Of a stretch of 64,000 nucleotides of DNA, positions 10,007-19,067 are shown piece after piece. The notes under the pieces are model-generated. The model saw only the letters and a program-made list of their open reading frames with translations, searched no databases and was not told where the DNA came from. The stretch lies in the UHGV virus genome UHGV-1455077. One strand, written 5' to 3'. The stretch is from a virus. Both the position numbers and the translations under genes were made by a program. Position 1 is the stretch's first letter, and the number at the start of each line of letters is the position of its first letter.

Positions 10007-11242
10007 ATGGCAAATTTTGAATGTAAAATTGTTAAAATTGAAAAGAAAGCAAATCATCCTAACGCTGACCGTTTGACAATTTATAATATTGGTGGATATA
10101 ATTGTATTTCTAATAAATTGCCAGATGGTTCTGACCGTTATGATATTGGAGATTTGGTTGTCTATATTCCAGAAAATGCTTTGCTTCCTGAATGGTTGCT
10201 TAAGAAAATGGATTTTTGGAATGAAGAAAAAGGTAAGGGTATTCTTGCTGGTAAAGAAGGAAATAGAGTAAAACCATTGAAACTTCGTGGAATTTTTTCT
10301 GAAGGTGTTCTTTATCCTTGCTTGACAATGAGAGAATATGAAGAAGGATTTAGTGTTGATGAGGTTGTTAAATCTTATGGATATGATGAAAATACTAAAT
10401 TCGTATTTCAGGAAAAATCAGCAGAAGGATATGTTGGTTTTACGCCTGCTGTTGAAGGAATAGATGTTGCAGATTTTCTTGGAATTACAAAATATGAACC
10501 AATAATTCCTGCAAAAATGAGTGGTGAAATTTTTAATGGTGGAACTGAAATTGTTGTTCCTTATGATGTTGAACCTATTCAGAAGTATATGGATGCTTTT
10601 GTTGAAGGAGAAATGTTTGAAGCAACAGAAAAAATTCACGGAACTCAAACTCGTTTTATCTTTACTAAAGGTAATGTAAATGAAGAAACTTTTGGTGAAA
10701 ATAAAGATATTTATATTGCTTCAAAGGGTCAGGGAGATAAAGGTTTATTCTTTAAAAATAATCTTTCTAACTCAAATTCTTATTATGTTAGAGCATTTAA
10801 GCTTAATAATATTGAAGAAAAAGTTATTAATTCTGAATTGTATAAAAGTTCTGATATGTTGACTTTGTTTGGTGAAACATATGGTATGCAGGATTTGAAA
10901 TATGGTTTGGAAAATGGACACATTGGGTATCGTTTGTTTGATGTATATGTTGGCAAACCTCGTCAAGGTCGTTTTCTGAATTATGAAGAATGTAAATCAT
11001 TTGCTGAAGAACTTGGAATTGAACGTGTTCCTTCATTGTATATTGGTGAATATTCTTTTGATAAAGTTATGGAATTGACAAGTGGTAAAACAACTCTTGG
11101 TAAAAATAAAGACCAAATTAGAGAAGGTGTTGTTATCCGTCCTTTGAATGAAAGATATGTTGAAGAACTTGGTCGTGTATTTTTGAAATCAGTTTCAGAA
11201 GCATATAAACTTCGTAAAGGTGAAACAACTGAATATAATTAA
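10007..11242 (+). CDS. ATP-dependent RNA ligase (KxHG lysine motif, DraRnl/Rnl5-like) with an N-terminal tRNA-binding OB (Myf/Trbp111-like) domain
   Basis: N-terminus KIVKIEKKANHPNADRL ... KPLKLRGIFSEGVLY matches the tRNA_bind domain pattern; the nucleotidyltransferase motif I is KIHGTQ. Confidence 0.55.
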   Translation: MANFECKIVKIEKKANHPNADRLTIYNIGGYNCISNKLPDGSDRYDIGDLVVYIPENALLPEWLLKKMDFWNEEKGKGILAGKEGNRVKPLKLRGIFSEGVLYPCLTMREYEEGFSVDEVVKSYGYDENTKFVFQEKSAEGYVGFTPAVEGIDVADFLGITKYEPIIPAKMSGEIFNGGTEIVVPYDVEPIQKYMDAFVEGEMFEATEKIHGTQTRFIFTKGNVNEETFGENKDIYIASKGQGDKGLFFKNNLSNSNSYYVRAFKLNNIEEKVINSELYKSSDMLTLFGETYGMQDLKYGLENGHIGYRLFDVYVGKPRQGRFLNYEECKSFAEELGIERVPSLYIGEYSFDKVMELTSGKTTLGKNKDQIREGVVIRPLNERYVEELGRVFLKSVSEAYKLRKGETTEYN

Positions 11243-11252
11243 AGGTTAATTA

Positions 11253-11969
11253 ATGAGAAGTGATATTTTTGAACATCGTATGGTTTTAGGTACGGCTAGT
11301 ATTCCCTACCTAAAACCAGATTTAGAAGATATTAAAAACGTATGTTTTGATGTTATTCAAACAAATTCTGATGTAAAAAATAATGTATGGGGAAACCCAA
11401 CAATTAATTTTTGTGGTATCTGCTTTATATTGGTAAAATATCAATATAAATTTAATAGTTATGAAAGTGATAATCCTTATATGGAATACGAATATAAAGG
11501 AATGGGAATTGCATCTGATTTAACTTTATTTGCATCAGATAAAAAATTAAAATATATTGTTTCTAATTATGAAAATTTAAAATATCATCCAATATCATAT
11601 ACAAATACTGTTCAGACATTAAATGGATATAATGTATGGACGACAGAGCCAACTATTTGGGTAGATAAAACAGAAATTAAAGAAACTAAAAAAGAAGTTA
11701 AGTTTGAGAAATTATCAAATTCTGAAAAATTGTTAATTGATTTGGTTAAATCAATTATTGATAAAAATTTTTCAGATATATTTTATGCGATAAATGAATA
11801 TCGTATATCTCAATATAATAAAGGAAAATTAAAAAATACAAAATTTCCGTTTCATAAAATACATTTAGATGGGATTGATAATTTTTTAGAAAATATTAAG
11901 GAAAATTATCAAAATTTTTCAAATTTTAAAAAATATTGTGATTTTGTTTTCTTTTATCTTGACAAATGA
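11253..11969 (+). CDS. hypothetical protein immediately downstream of the RNA ligase
   Basis: ORF. Confidence 0.4.
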   Translation: MRSDIFEHRMVLGTASIPYLKPDLEDIKNVCFDVIQTNSDVKNNVWGNPTINFCGICFILVKYQYKFNSYESDNPYMEYEYKGMGIASDLTLFASDKKLKYIVSNYENLKYHPISYTNTVQTLNGYNVWTTEPTIWVDKTEIKETKKEVKFEKLSNSEKLLIDLVKSIIDKNFSDIFYAINEYRISQYNKGKLKNTKFPFHKIHLDGIDNFLENIKENYQNFSNFKKYCDFVFFYLDK

Positions 11970-12022
11970 TAAAATAATGTTATAAAAATATTGTATATAA
12001 TTTAATATTATGGAGAAAAATA

Positions 12023-12718
12023 ATGAATAAAATTAAAAGTTTGTTTAATCATATTTTGAATATTCTTGGAACTATTGTTTCATTGCTAACATTTGGAATT
12101 ATTAAACTTAATAAAACACTTCGGGCAGAATATCAAATTGAATTGTTGCAGAAGAAACAAGCAGATTTTGAAATGAAAAGAAAAGAAAATATGGATTCAT
12201 TGGTAGAGTATGTTGCCAATAGAGCCAGTTATAAAAATAAGTTGAAAAAATTGTCAACGGAACGAGAACAGATTTTAGATAATCTTGAAAAAGCTAAAGA
12301 TAAAAATGATAAAATTTTATTTGCTAAATATGCTATTCAATTAAATACAAATAAAGCAATTATGAATGATACAAATAGTTGTTTGAAAAATTGTGAAGAT
12401 ACTATTACAAGGTTTGAAAATCAGAATTTGCAGTATGATTTACTTATTGAAAAACAAAAAAGTGATATTGCTATTATCAAATCTAATAAAGATAGTGTTG
12501 AAATGAGAAAAGCAAGTAATAAATTAAATAGAGAATTGTATATGCCAGATGGAACTGATAATACATTTAATATTGATGAAATTAAAGAAAAATATCAGGA
12601 TGAGCTTATTAAAGAAGAAGCAAAATCTGAATTGATTGAAAAATTTGTACCATTGGTTGATGTTAATGAATTTTCTTCGTTGGAAGATATGGAAAAGTTT
12701 ATTGAAGAAAATAAATAA
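12023..12718 (+). CDS. membrane-anchored coiled-coil protein
   Basis: N-terminal hydrophobic segment ILNILGTIVSLLTFGII, then a coiled-coil-like sequence; RBS GGAGAAAAATAATG. Confidence 0.45.
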   Translation: MNKIKSLFNHILNILGTIVSLLTFGIIKLNKTLRAEYQIELLQKKQADFEMKRKENMDSLVEYVANRASYKNKLKKLSTEREQILDNLEKAKDKNDKILFAKYAIQLNTNKAIMNDTNSCLKNCEDTITRFENQNLQYDLLIEKQKSDIAIIKSNKDSVEMRKASNKLNRELYMPDGTDNTFNIDEIKEKYQDELIKEEAKSELIEKFVPLVDVNEFSSLEDMEKFIEENK

Positions 12719-12729
12719 TTAACTTTCTT

Positions 12730-12760
12730 TTAAGGGGGAACAACCCCCCTTAAAATTTCA
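12730..12760 (+). terminator. intrinsic-terminator-like GC hairpin
   Basis: TTAAGGGGG-AACAA-CCCCCCTTAA, a rare GC-rich stem in an AT-rich genome, just after the stop of ORF 12023..12718. Confidence 0.5.
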
Positions 12761-12773
12761 AAGGATAAAATTT

Positions 12774-13235
12774 ATGAATAAAGAACATAAAAAAATTGTT
12801 AACATTTTGATAAAAGATTTAAAAAATTGTGATTATGATGAGCAATATTTATATAATATGTTAATGAAATATAAAATGTCCTGTGTTGAAAAAATGGTTG
12901 ATGTTGAAGAAAATATCAGATATTATTTTAATAATTATGAAATTCGTTATTTAAAATCAATTTATCAATCAAAAAATAATACTGTTAAATTTAATGAATG
13001 GGTCGCAAAAATTTTTGGATTTGAATATAAAAAAAGAATAAACTGGCAGGGAAACATATTATCATATTTAATGTCGTTATTAATAATGTTGTGTGCTTTA
13101 ATACCGACAGTAATAATGATAATTTGTAATTTACCACCAGTATTATTGTTTATATTTTTACTTTTACAAGTATTTTTGCTGTATGTAACAAATGAAATAA
13201 TTACGGGAGATATATTTTACAATGAAAGAGTTTAA
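12774..13235 (+). CDS. membrane protein (C-terminal transmembrane helices)
   Basis: C-terminal hydrophobic stretches LSYLMSLLIMLCALIPTVIMIICNL and LLFIFLLLQVFLLYV. Confidence 0.45.
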   Translation: MNKEHKKIVNILIKDLKNCDYDEQYLYNMLMKYKMSCVEKMVDVEENIRYYFNNYEIRYLKSIYQSKNNTVKFNEWVAKIFGFEYKKRINWQGNILSYLMSLLIMLCALIPTVIMIICNLPPVLLFIFLLLQVFLLYVTNEIITGDIFYNERV

Positions 13236-13593
13236 TATAAATGAGTTATTTGATAACGCAAAACAAGATAATAAATTTAATAAAGAAAAAAGTTTAAAAG
13301 AAACATTAATTTATTGTATTACATCAATGCAAGAACATTCAAATTATATGGATGGAATTAATAAAGCTTTAAAGTGTTGTGATTTAATAGGTATTGATGA
13401 TAAATTGTATTCAGTTATTGGGGCATTAATGGAAAAATTGGTTACACCAGAAGGTTATGATTTAATAACTTGGTGGTTATATGAAGATGTTGACCATAAA
13501 TTATATTCAGTAAAGACAGATGAGGTGCTTGCTGATTTGAATAAAATAGAAGATTTGGTTGAATATATCATAGAAAATTATATTAATAAATAA
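13222..13593 (+). CDS. hypothetical protein
   Basis: ORF, coupled to the gene upstream. Confidence 0.4.
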   Translation: MKEFNINELFDNAKQDNKFNKEKSLKETLIYCITSMQEHSNYMDGINKALKCCDLIGIDDKLYSVIGALMEKLVTPEGYDLITWWLYEDVDHKLYSVKTDEVLADLNKIEDLVEYIIENYINK

Positions 13594-13612
13594 AAAATCC
13601 CTTGACAAATAA

Positions 13613-13650
13613 AATCCTTATGTTAAATTATGAACATAAGGATTTTTAAT
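13613..13650 (+). terminator. hairpin terminator AATCCTTATGTT / AACATAAGGATT plus T run
   Basis: 12-bp inverted repeat followed by TTTTTAATTT. A TTGACA lies at 13602-13607 just upstream. Confidence 0.5.
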
Positions 13651-13652
13651 TT

Positions 13653-13937
13653 ATGGAGATGCTTATGAAAAGATTAAAAGTTAAAATTAAAGAAATTGAT
13701 TTAAACGATGTTAATATTGGAGATACTGTTTTTGATGGTGTTAAACATATGAAAGTAAGATTGATTGATAAAATCAATGACAATATGTTTTCATTAAGTG
13801 TTTCTCCAGTAACTTATGCTGGAGAAAAGTATTGGGTAAAAAGAACTTACAATGTTGAAGGTAAGATTCTTAATGAAGGATATGAAAATAACATTATTGA
13901 AATTAGGAAGGATAAAAGAAATGTTAGAAAAAATTAA
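13653..13937 (+). CDS. hypothetical protein
   Basis: ORF with RBS ATGGAGATGCTTATG. Confidence 0.4.
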   Translation: MEMLMKRLKVKIKEIDLNDVNIGDTVFDGVKHMKVRLIDKINDNMFSLSVSPVTYAGEKYWVKRTYNVEGKILNEGYENNIIEIRKDKRNVRKN

Positions 13938-14148
13938 AAGTTTGGTTGCTAATTTTGGATTGAAATGTGGAGATGCATTTCACAGAATGATGACTTATCC
14001 AGATGAAGCAAAGAAATGGGCAATGATTGGTGTTGATATTTACATTGTTATTGTTGTTTTGATGTTCTTTGCTGAAATTTTAAAAGTTGCTCTATTGGGT
14101 GGATTGATTTATTTCTTGATTTGGTTTATTAAAAAACATTCTTTGTAA
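13921..14148 (+). CDS. small membrane protein (two predicted transmembrane segments), holin-like by size only
   Basis: Start chosen at MLEKIKS, which has an AGGAAGG RBS. Hydrophobic MIGVDIYIVIVVLMFFAEIL and LLGGLIYFLIWFI. Confidence 0.3.
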   Translation: MLEKIKSLVANFGLKCGDAFHRMMTYPDEAKKWAMIGVDIYIVIVVLMFFAEILKVALLGGLIYFLIWFIKKHSL

Positions 14149-14156
14149 ACATTTAA

Positions 14157-14498
14157 GTGGATGAAAAAATGGTAAAATGTGTAAGATTTTATTCAAGAAG
14201 ATATGCAGATAATTGTCGTATTGAAATTGCTAAATCTGAAACTGGTAACTGGTTTACTCGACAATGGGAATGGACAAAATATGGATATTCTTGTTCTACT
14301 TGGAGTAAATTAGGAAATCTTGTTAAGGTAAATCGTGTAAAATTAAAATGGGAAAATCTCAATGGTAACGAATTAAAAGAACACATACTAGAATTTTATT
14401 TTAAAAATGAAGAAAGCCGTTTTAACCCTACCAAAGTTTTAAGTTTTCATTTACAAGATAAAAGCCAAGGCAAATTAAATTATCGTTTACCATATTAA
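14157..14498 (+). CDS. hypothetical protein
   Basis: ORF. Confidence 0.4.
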   Translation: MDEKMVKCVRFYSRRYADNCRIEIAKSETGNWFTRQWEWTKYGYSCSTWSKLGNLVKVNRVKLKWENLNGNELKEHILEFYFKNEESRFNPTKVLSFHLQDKSQGKLNYRLPY

Positions 14499-14512
14499 AA
14501 AGGAAAATTAAA

Positions 14513-15214
14513 ATGTTAATAGTTGATAATTTTGATAAAGTTAAAAATGTTGTTCAATGGAAGCCTGAACAAACTTATTATAAATTTGTTGCTTTAATAA
14601 GAGCAAAGGATTATAAAGATGGTGAATTTCCTGTTTTTCTTGATAAAGAAAAACAAGAATGTTTTGTTCGTCAATGGCTTGTTGATAATGAAGAATATTT
14701 TGAGCGTGTAAAGGAAGATATGAAAACTGTTGTTGAAATGTTTAAGTGTCGTTTATATATGACACTTGATAGAAAATCAACAATGAAAACATTAATAGCC
14801 GCTCGTGATGTTATAAATCGTCAATTAGATTCTTATTTAGGCGTTAAAGAACCACAAGTTTCGGTTAAAATGTTTAATAAACTTGTTCCATCTGTAACTC
14901 AATTAGCTGAATCTTCTGACCGAGATGGTCGTAGATGGATGTTTGATGTTGATACAAAAGATGTTAATGTATTAAATGTTGTCAAGAAATTATGTGGTGA
15001 ATTTTATCTTGAAACTTTTGAAACTAAAAATGGTTATCACGTTGTTGCAGATAAAAAATTTGATGCAAATGCCAGACTTCAATGTGTTAAACATAGAGGT
15101 AAATTAAGAGATTTTGATATGTCATTATATAGTAATGAAGAAAGTGAATTGCTTGAAAATTCAGAAGTTGAAGTAAAAGCTAATTCATTAATTCTTGTTG
15201 CAATGGGAAAATAA
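14513..15214 (+). CDS. hypothetical protein
   Basis: ORF with RBS AAGGAAAATTAAAATG. Confidence 0.45.
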   Translation: MLIVDNFDKVKNVVQWKPEQTYYKFVALIRAKDYKDGEFPVFLDKEKQECFVRQWLVDNEEYFERVKEDMKTVVEMFKCRLYMTLDRKSTMKTLIAARDVINRQLDSYLGVKEPQVSVKMFNKLVPSVTQLAESSDRDGRRWMFDVDTKDVNVLNVVKKLCGEFYLETFETKNGYHVVADKKFDANARLQCVKHRGKLRDFDMSLYSNEESELLENSEVEVKANSLILVAMGK

Positions 15215-15216
15215 AA

Positions 15217-15531
15217 ATGAAATTTTATCATCCTTTTATTAAACAATTTCATATTAAATTTGATTTAACGATATGGGAAAATGAAAAACTGGTATGGTTA
15301 AATAATTTTATAATTCCAGAAAAATATTGTAGAAATAGAATTGGTACAGTAATTATGGAAGAATTTTGTAAATGGCTTGATGAAAATAAAATGAATAGCA
15401 AACTTTTAATTTCAAACTGTTATGGAACACCAGAAGATATTTTAATTAAATTTTATTCACGATTTAATTATAATATTGAAGAAAAGAAAACAAAAAATAT
15501 TTATATGATAAGGAATTTTACAAATGCTTAG
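15217..15531 (+). CDS. hypothetical protein, weak GNAT-like motif
   Basis: RNRIGTVIMEEF resembles the GNAT motif A (R/Q-x-x-G-x-G/A). Confidence 0.25.
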   Translation: MKFYHPFIKQFHIKFDLTIWENEKLVWLNNFIIPEKYCRNRIGTVIMEEFCKWLDENKMNSKLLISNCYGTPEDILIKFYSRFNYNIEEKKTKNIYMIRNFTNA

Positions 15532-15949
15532 AGAAAAGCCTGTTAAATTTAGATTTTATGATTCTAAAGAGAAACAATTATTGTATCCTGAAAATACCTC
15601 AACAGCCAATGATATTTATTATATGGTTGATGGAGAACAAAGAACAATTGGTTATTTGTTTTCACATTCTGAAAGATTTGAACCAAATCAGCTTGTATAT
15701 GAAGATGGTGCTTTAGCTGTTTTTGAAAATGATTTTATTGTTTATATTGATGAAAATGGTAATGATACTGACTTTGAATCTATTGTAAGAGAATTTGGTG
15801 AAGTTGAATTATTGGAAGGATATGCAGATTTTGATTTGACTTCAATCAAATATATTAATGAGTTAGGTTTGGATTTTTATATTGGTGGTAATGTATACGA
15901 GGATGAAAAATATAAAGAATTTGAAAATATTGAGGTGAATAATGAATAA
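15524..15949 (+). CDS. hypothetical highly acidic protein
   Basis: Runs of D/E, for example DENGNDTDFES and GNVYEDEKYKEFENIEVNNE. Confidence 0.4.
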   Translation: MLREKPVKFRFYDSKEKQLLYPENTSTANDIYYMVDGEQRTIGYLFSHSERFEPNQLVYEDGALAVFENDFIVYIDENGNDTDFESIVREFGEVELLEGYADFDLTSIKYINELGLDFYIGGNVYEDEKYKEFENIEVNNE

Positions 15950-16289
15950 TAAAGAATGGAAAGAATATCTTGATAATAAAAATAAAGTATGTAAATATTA
16001 TGGCGAATTTGCTGAATATATACAACAAAATTTTGACCCATATTTTGGAACTGGTATTGCCGATGGAGAGGAATATAATTTACCACAATTTTCTGTTGAA
16101 CTAAGTGCAGTTAGAAGGGGTAACTGTACTGGATACTTAAATATTCACGCTAAAGATGAAGAACAAGTTCGTAATATTATTAGACAGCAAAAATATGATT
16201 ATGATGATATTGATTGGTGTGAGGAAGATTGTTGGGATTATGAGGATATTAAAATAGAATCTATTTCATTATTGACGGATTTGGAGTAA
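15942..16289 (+). CDS. hypothetical acidic protein
   Basis: C-terminal DYDDIDWCEEDCWDYEDIKIE. Confidence 0.4.
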   Translation: MNNKEWKEYLDNKNKVCKYYGEFAEYIQQNFDPYFGTGIADGEEYNLPQFSVELSAVRRGNCTGYLNIHAKDEEQVRNIIRQQKYDYDDIDWCEEDCWDYEDIKIESISLLTDLE

Positions 16290-16294
16290 AAAAT

Positions 16295-16630
16295 ATGTAT
16301 GAAGTTAAAATTGCTAAAATAAATATGTTTGCTGAAGAATCTATCAATGAAATGTTTTCACAATTAGGAGAAATTCCACAATTAAATGTTACAATTGATT
16401 TTCATAATGAGCAAATATATAAGATATTTGTATTAAAAACTATTTCAACTTATATTGAACAAGTAATGCCAAATGTTTTAAATAGTTATGTTGCTTATTT
16501 AATTTATGAAAAATTGTTAGAAAAACATCCAGAATTAAAAGACGAAATAGTTAAAATTATGGAAAGTTTAGACAGTAATAAAGTACAAACGGAATTTAAG
16601 AAAAATATTTTACCATTGCCAAAGGATTAA
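16295..16630 (+). CDS. hypothetical protein
   Basis: ORF. Confidence 0.4.
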   Translation: MYEVKIAKINMFAEESINEMFSQLGEIPQLNVTIDFHNEQIYKIFVLKTISTYIEQVMPNVLNSYVAYLIYEKLLEKHPELKDEIVKIMESLDSNKVQTEFKKNILPLPKD

Positions 16631-16719
16631 AAAATATTAAAAAGATGTGATAATAATATTGCATCTTTTTTTCTTTTACCTCATAATAAATTTACTTATT
16701 ATGAAAAAGGAAAAAGAGA

Positions 16720-17223
16720 ATGGATAAGGATGTAGTAAAAGAAAAATATAATTGGGATAATAAGTTTAGTACACGATTTAAACTTGGAAATGAACAGACT
16801 TTACAAGTCATTCCTGATAATATTTTTATGGTGGAGTTGCCTGATTTGACAGTTGAGAATTATGCTGATATGATGAATGAAAACTGGTCTGCATCAGATA
16901 AAATATTAATATTGACTTTAAGAAGTACGAAAGATGGTTCAGTAGAAAGAGAGTTGTATGATGTATTGATGAGAACATCATTTGATTTTGAATTATCTTT
17001 ATCAAACCCAAATCAATGTCATTCAATTTATAAGGGATGTAGCGTTGAAAAAGTTAAATTTTCACCATTGTTAAATCGTCCAAACAAAGCAAATCCATTT
17101 AATTTAATTGTTTATATTAATGTGGAAGAAATTAAATATTGTGCGGCATCAGATACATTAATTTTTGGTAAAGTATCTAACAATGCATTAATTTCAGATA
17201 ATGAAGGGAATGCTAATGGTTAG
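16720..17223 (+). CDS. hypothetical protein
   Basis: ORF with RBS GGAAAAAGAGAATGG. Confidence 0.4.
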   Translation: MDKDVVKEKYNWDNKFSTRFKLGNEQTLQVIPDNIFMVELPDLTVENYADMMNENWSASDKILILTLRSTKDGSVERELYDVLMRTSFDFELSLSNPNQCHSIYKGCSVEKVKFSPLLNRPNKANPFNLIVYINVEEIKYCAASDTLIFGKVSNNALISDNEGNANG

Positions 17224-17728
17224 TAAATACAAAATATTAATTAATGATGATAAAAATACTATTATTATTCAATTAGAAGATAAAGAATTTTCACAAGTTA
17301 TAGCAAAAGTTGGAAATATTGCTTTTAATGCTAATAAAGAATTAGAATTTGATATGGAATTACCTAAAGGTATGGAAAGTTATTATGATAGTGATTCTTT
17401 TTGTGAAAAAATTCAAGAAGTTGTTGGTGATATTGTAATGAAATCAGTTAATTATGAATGGTCAACTGCTGAAAAAGCAGTCTTAATGGATTTAGAATCT
17501 AAAGTTCGCCAAGCATTTAAACCTTATAACTTTGAACCAGAAGAAAATTCTTCATTTATTGAAATGTTTGGTAAAAAAGGATTTGTTATTTCAGAAGATG
17601 ATAATGACCGTTTGACAGCAATAAAAATCAAAGATAATAAAACTTATTATTTTGATATGCCTGAACAGTTAGCATATTTGAAAAAAGAATTAACAGGCAA
17701 AGGTATTATTTTACTTGGAGATAAGTAA
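17201..17728 (+). CDS. hypothetical protein
   Basis: ORF, coupled to the gene upstream. Confidence 0.4.
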   Translation: MKGMLMVSKYKILINDDKNTIIIQLEDKEFSQVIAKVGNIAFNANKELEFDMELPKGMESYYDSDSFCEKIQEVVGDIVMKSVNYEWSTAEKAVLMDLESKVRQAFKPYNFEPEENSSFIEMFGKKGFVISEDDNDRLTAIKIKDNKTYYFDMPEQLAYLKKELTGKGIILLGDK

Positions 17729-17767
17729 TATATATTTTTGTTAATTTTTACAACAACTAAATTTAAG

Positions 17768-17797
17768 AATCTCCTTGGATTTTTCAAGGAGATTTTT
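17768..17797 (+). terminator. hairpin terminator ATCTCCTTG / CAAGGAGAT plus T run
   Basis: 9-bp stem, loop GATTTTT, then TTTTTAAG. Confidence 0.55.
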
Positions 17798-17855
17798 AAG
17801 TAAATGAATAAAAATAATATAATAAATACTTTTATATTAAAGATAAGGAACAATA

Positions 17856-18365
17856 ATGAATTTATTTTTGTTACAGCAATATCAATTTATTAATGATATA
17901 TATAAAAATGAAAATTATTTAGATGTTTTAATGAATATTGATGATTTTTTTGATATTTTAAATGTATATGCTTTTCCTAATTGGTTTGATGCCGAAGTTA
18001 TTGAAGTAAAATTTTTAAGACATTTTACTAATATTATATTAAAAACTCCTCGTGATAAAAAACCTGATATTAAAGGAAGTGTGTTATTATCAAAATATGA
18101 TTGTTTAGTTAAATATAAAGAATCATATGAATATCTTCCTAAAGAATATAAGACAGAAAAAGATATTAAATATAATACTCGTACAGGAAAATATGAACCA
18201 ATTATGGAGAAAAAAGATATATGGTTAATTGATATTTTGATTCCAAATAAACACATTATTAATGATAATGTTTATGATTTAGATGCCATTCAAAAGAAAT
18301 TGGATGATGAAGATGATAATGATGAAAATATTGAATCAGTTGTATCAAATGGTGATGAAATTTAA
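17856..18365 (+). CDS. hypothetical protein with acidic C-terminus
   Basis: ORF; ends DDEDDNDENIESVVSNGDEI. Confidence 0.4.
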   Translation: MNLFLLQQYQFINDIYKNENYLDVLMNIDDFFDILNVYAFPNWFDAEVIEVKFLRHFTNIILKTPRDKKPDIKGSVLLSKYDCLVKYKESYEYLPKEYKTEKDIKYNTRTGKYEPIMEKKDIWLIDILIPNKHIINDNVYDLDAIQKKLDDEDDNDENIESVVSNGDEI

Positions 18366-18374
18366 GGATAGTAA

Positions 18375-19064
18375 ATGAAATTATGTGAAGATTTAAGAGA
18401 AAAAGATTTAGCCAATTTAATTTCTTCTTATGTAAGTGTTGATGAATATACTTCAAAAATTGATGAAGATAATATTACTGTTGCTTTTTTTGTTAATGAA
18501 TTAGATGCCGCTGAAGAATTAGAAGATTTTATTGAGAAATTTTATTATATTGAAATTAGAGATATTGAAATTTCAGATTCTTTAACTGATGATAACAAAT
18601 ATATTATTTTTGTTGAATTAGAAAGAAATGATAGTTTTCCTAAAATATTTTTAGATATGATTGATACAATAAATTATGTAGCTGATAATAAAGATTGGAA
18701 TTTTTCTACCTATCAAATGAATAAGCCTGTTGAATTATCATTAGCTAATATTAGAAAATATGTTCGTTTAAGTAAATTAAGAGATACAGCGAATGTAGAG
18801 GAAAAAGAAAATAATCAAGAAGAAGTACAAGAAAGTTATCAACCATTTTTAGTTAATGATAATGGTTGGATAAGAAAATATACTCCAAAACGTTATATTA
18901 CAGAAGATGAATTAGAAAAAATTATTGAAAGTTCTGAAACATTAAATAGTCGTGATGATGGAGAGGTATCTTTATTAGAAAATGCATTTCCTGGTTATGA
19001 AGTTATTACAACAGATAACAATGTATTTTTAATTAAACATAATAAAATTTTAATGATGGAATAA
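18375..19064 (+). CDS. hypothetical acidic protein
   Basis: ORF rich in D/E. Confidence 0.4.
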   Translation: MKLCEDLREKDLANLISSYVSVDEYTSKIDEDNITVAFFVNELDAAEELEDFIEKFYYIEIRDIEISDSLTDDNKYIIFVELERNDSFPKIFLDMIDTINYVADNKDWNFSTYQMNKPVELSLANIRKYVRLSKLRDTANVEEKENNQEEVQESYQPFLVNDNGWIRKYTPKRYITEDELEKIIESSETLNSRDDGEVSLLENAFPGYEVITTDNNVFLIKHNKILMME

Positions 19065-19067
19065 AAA

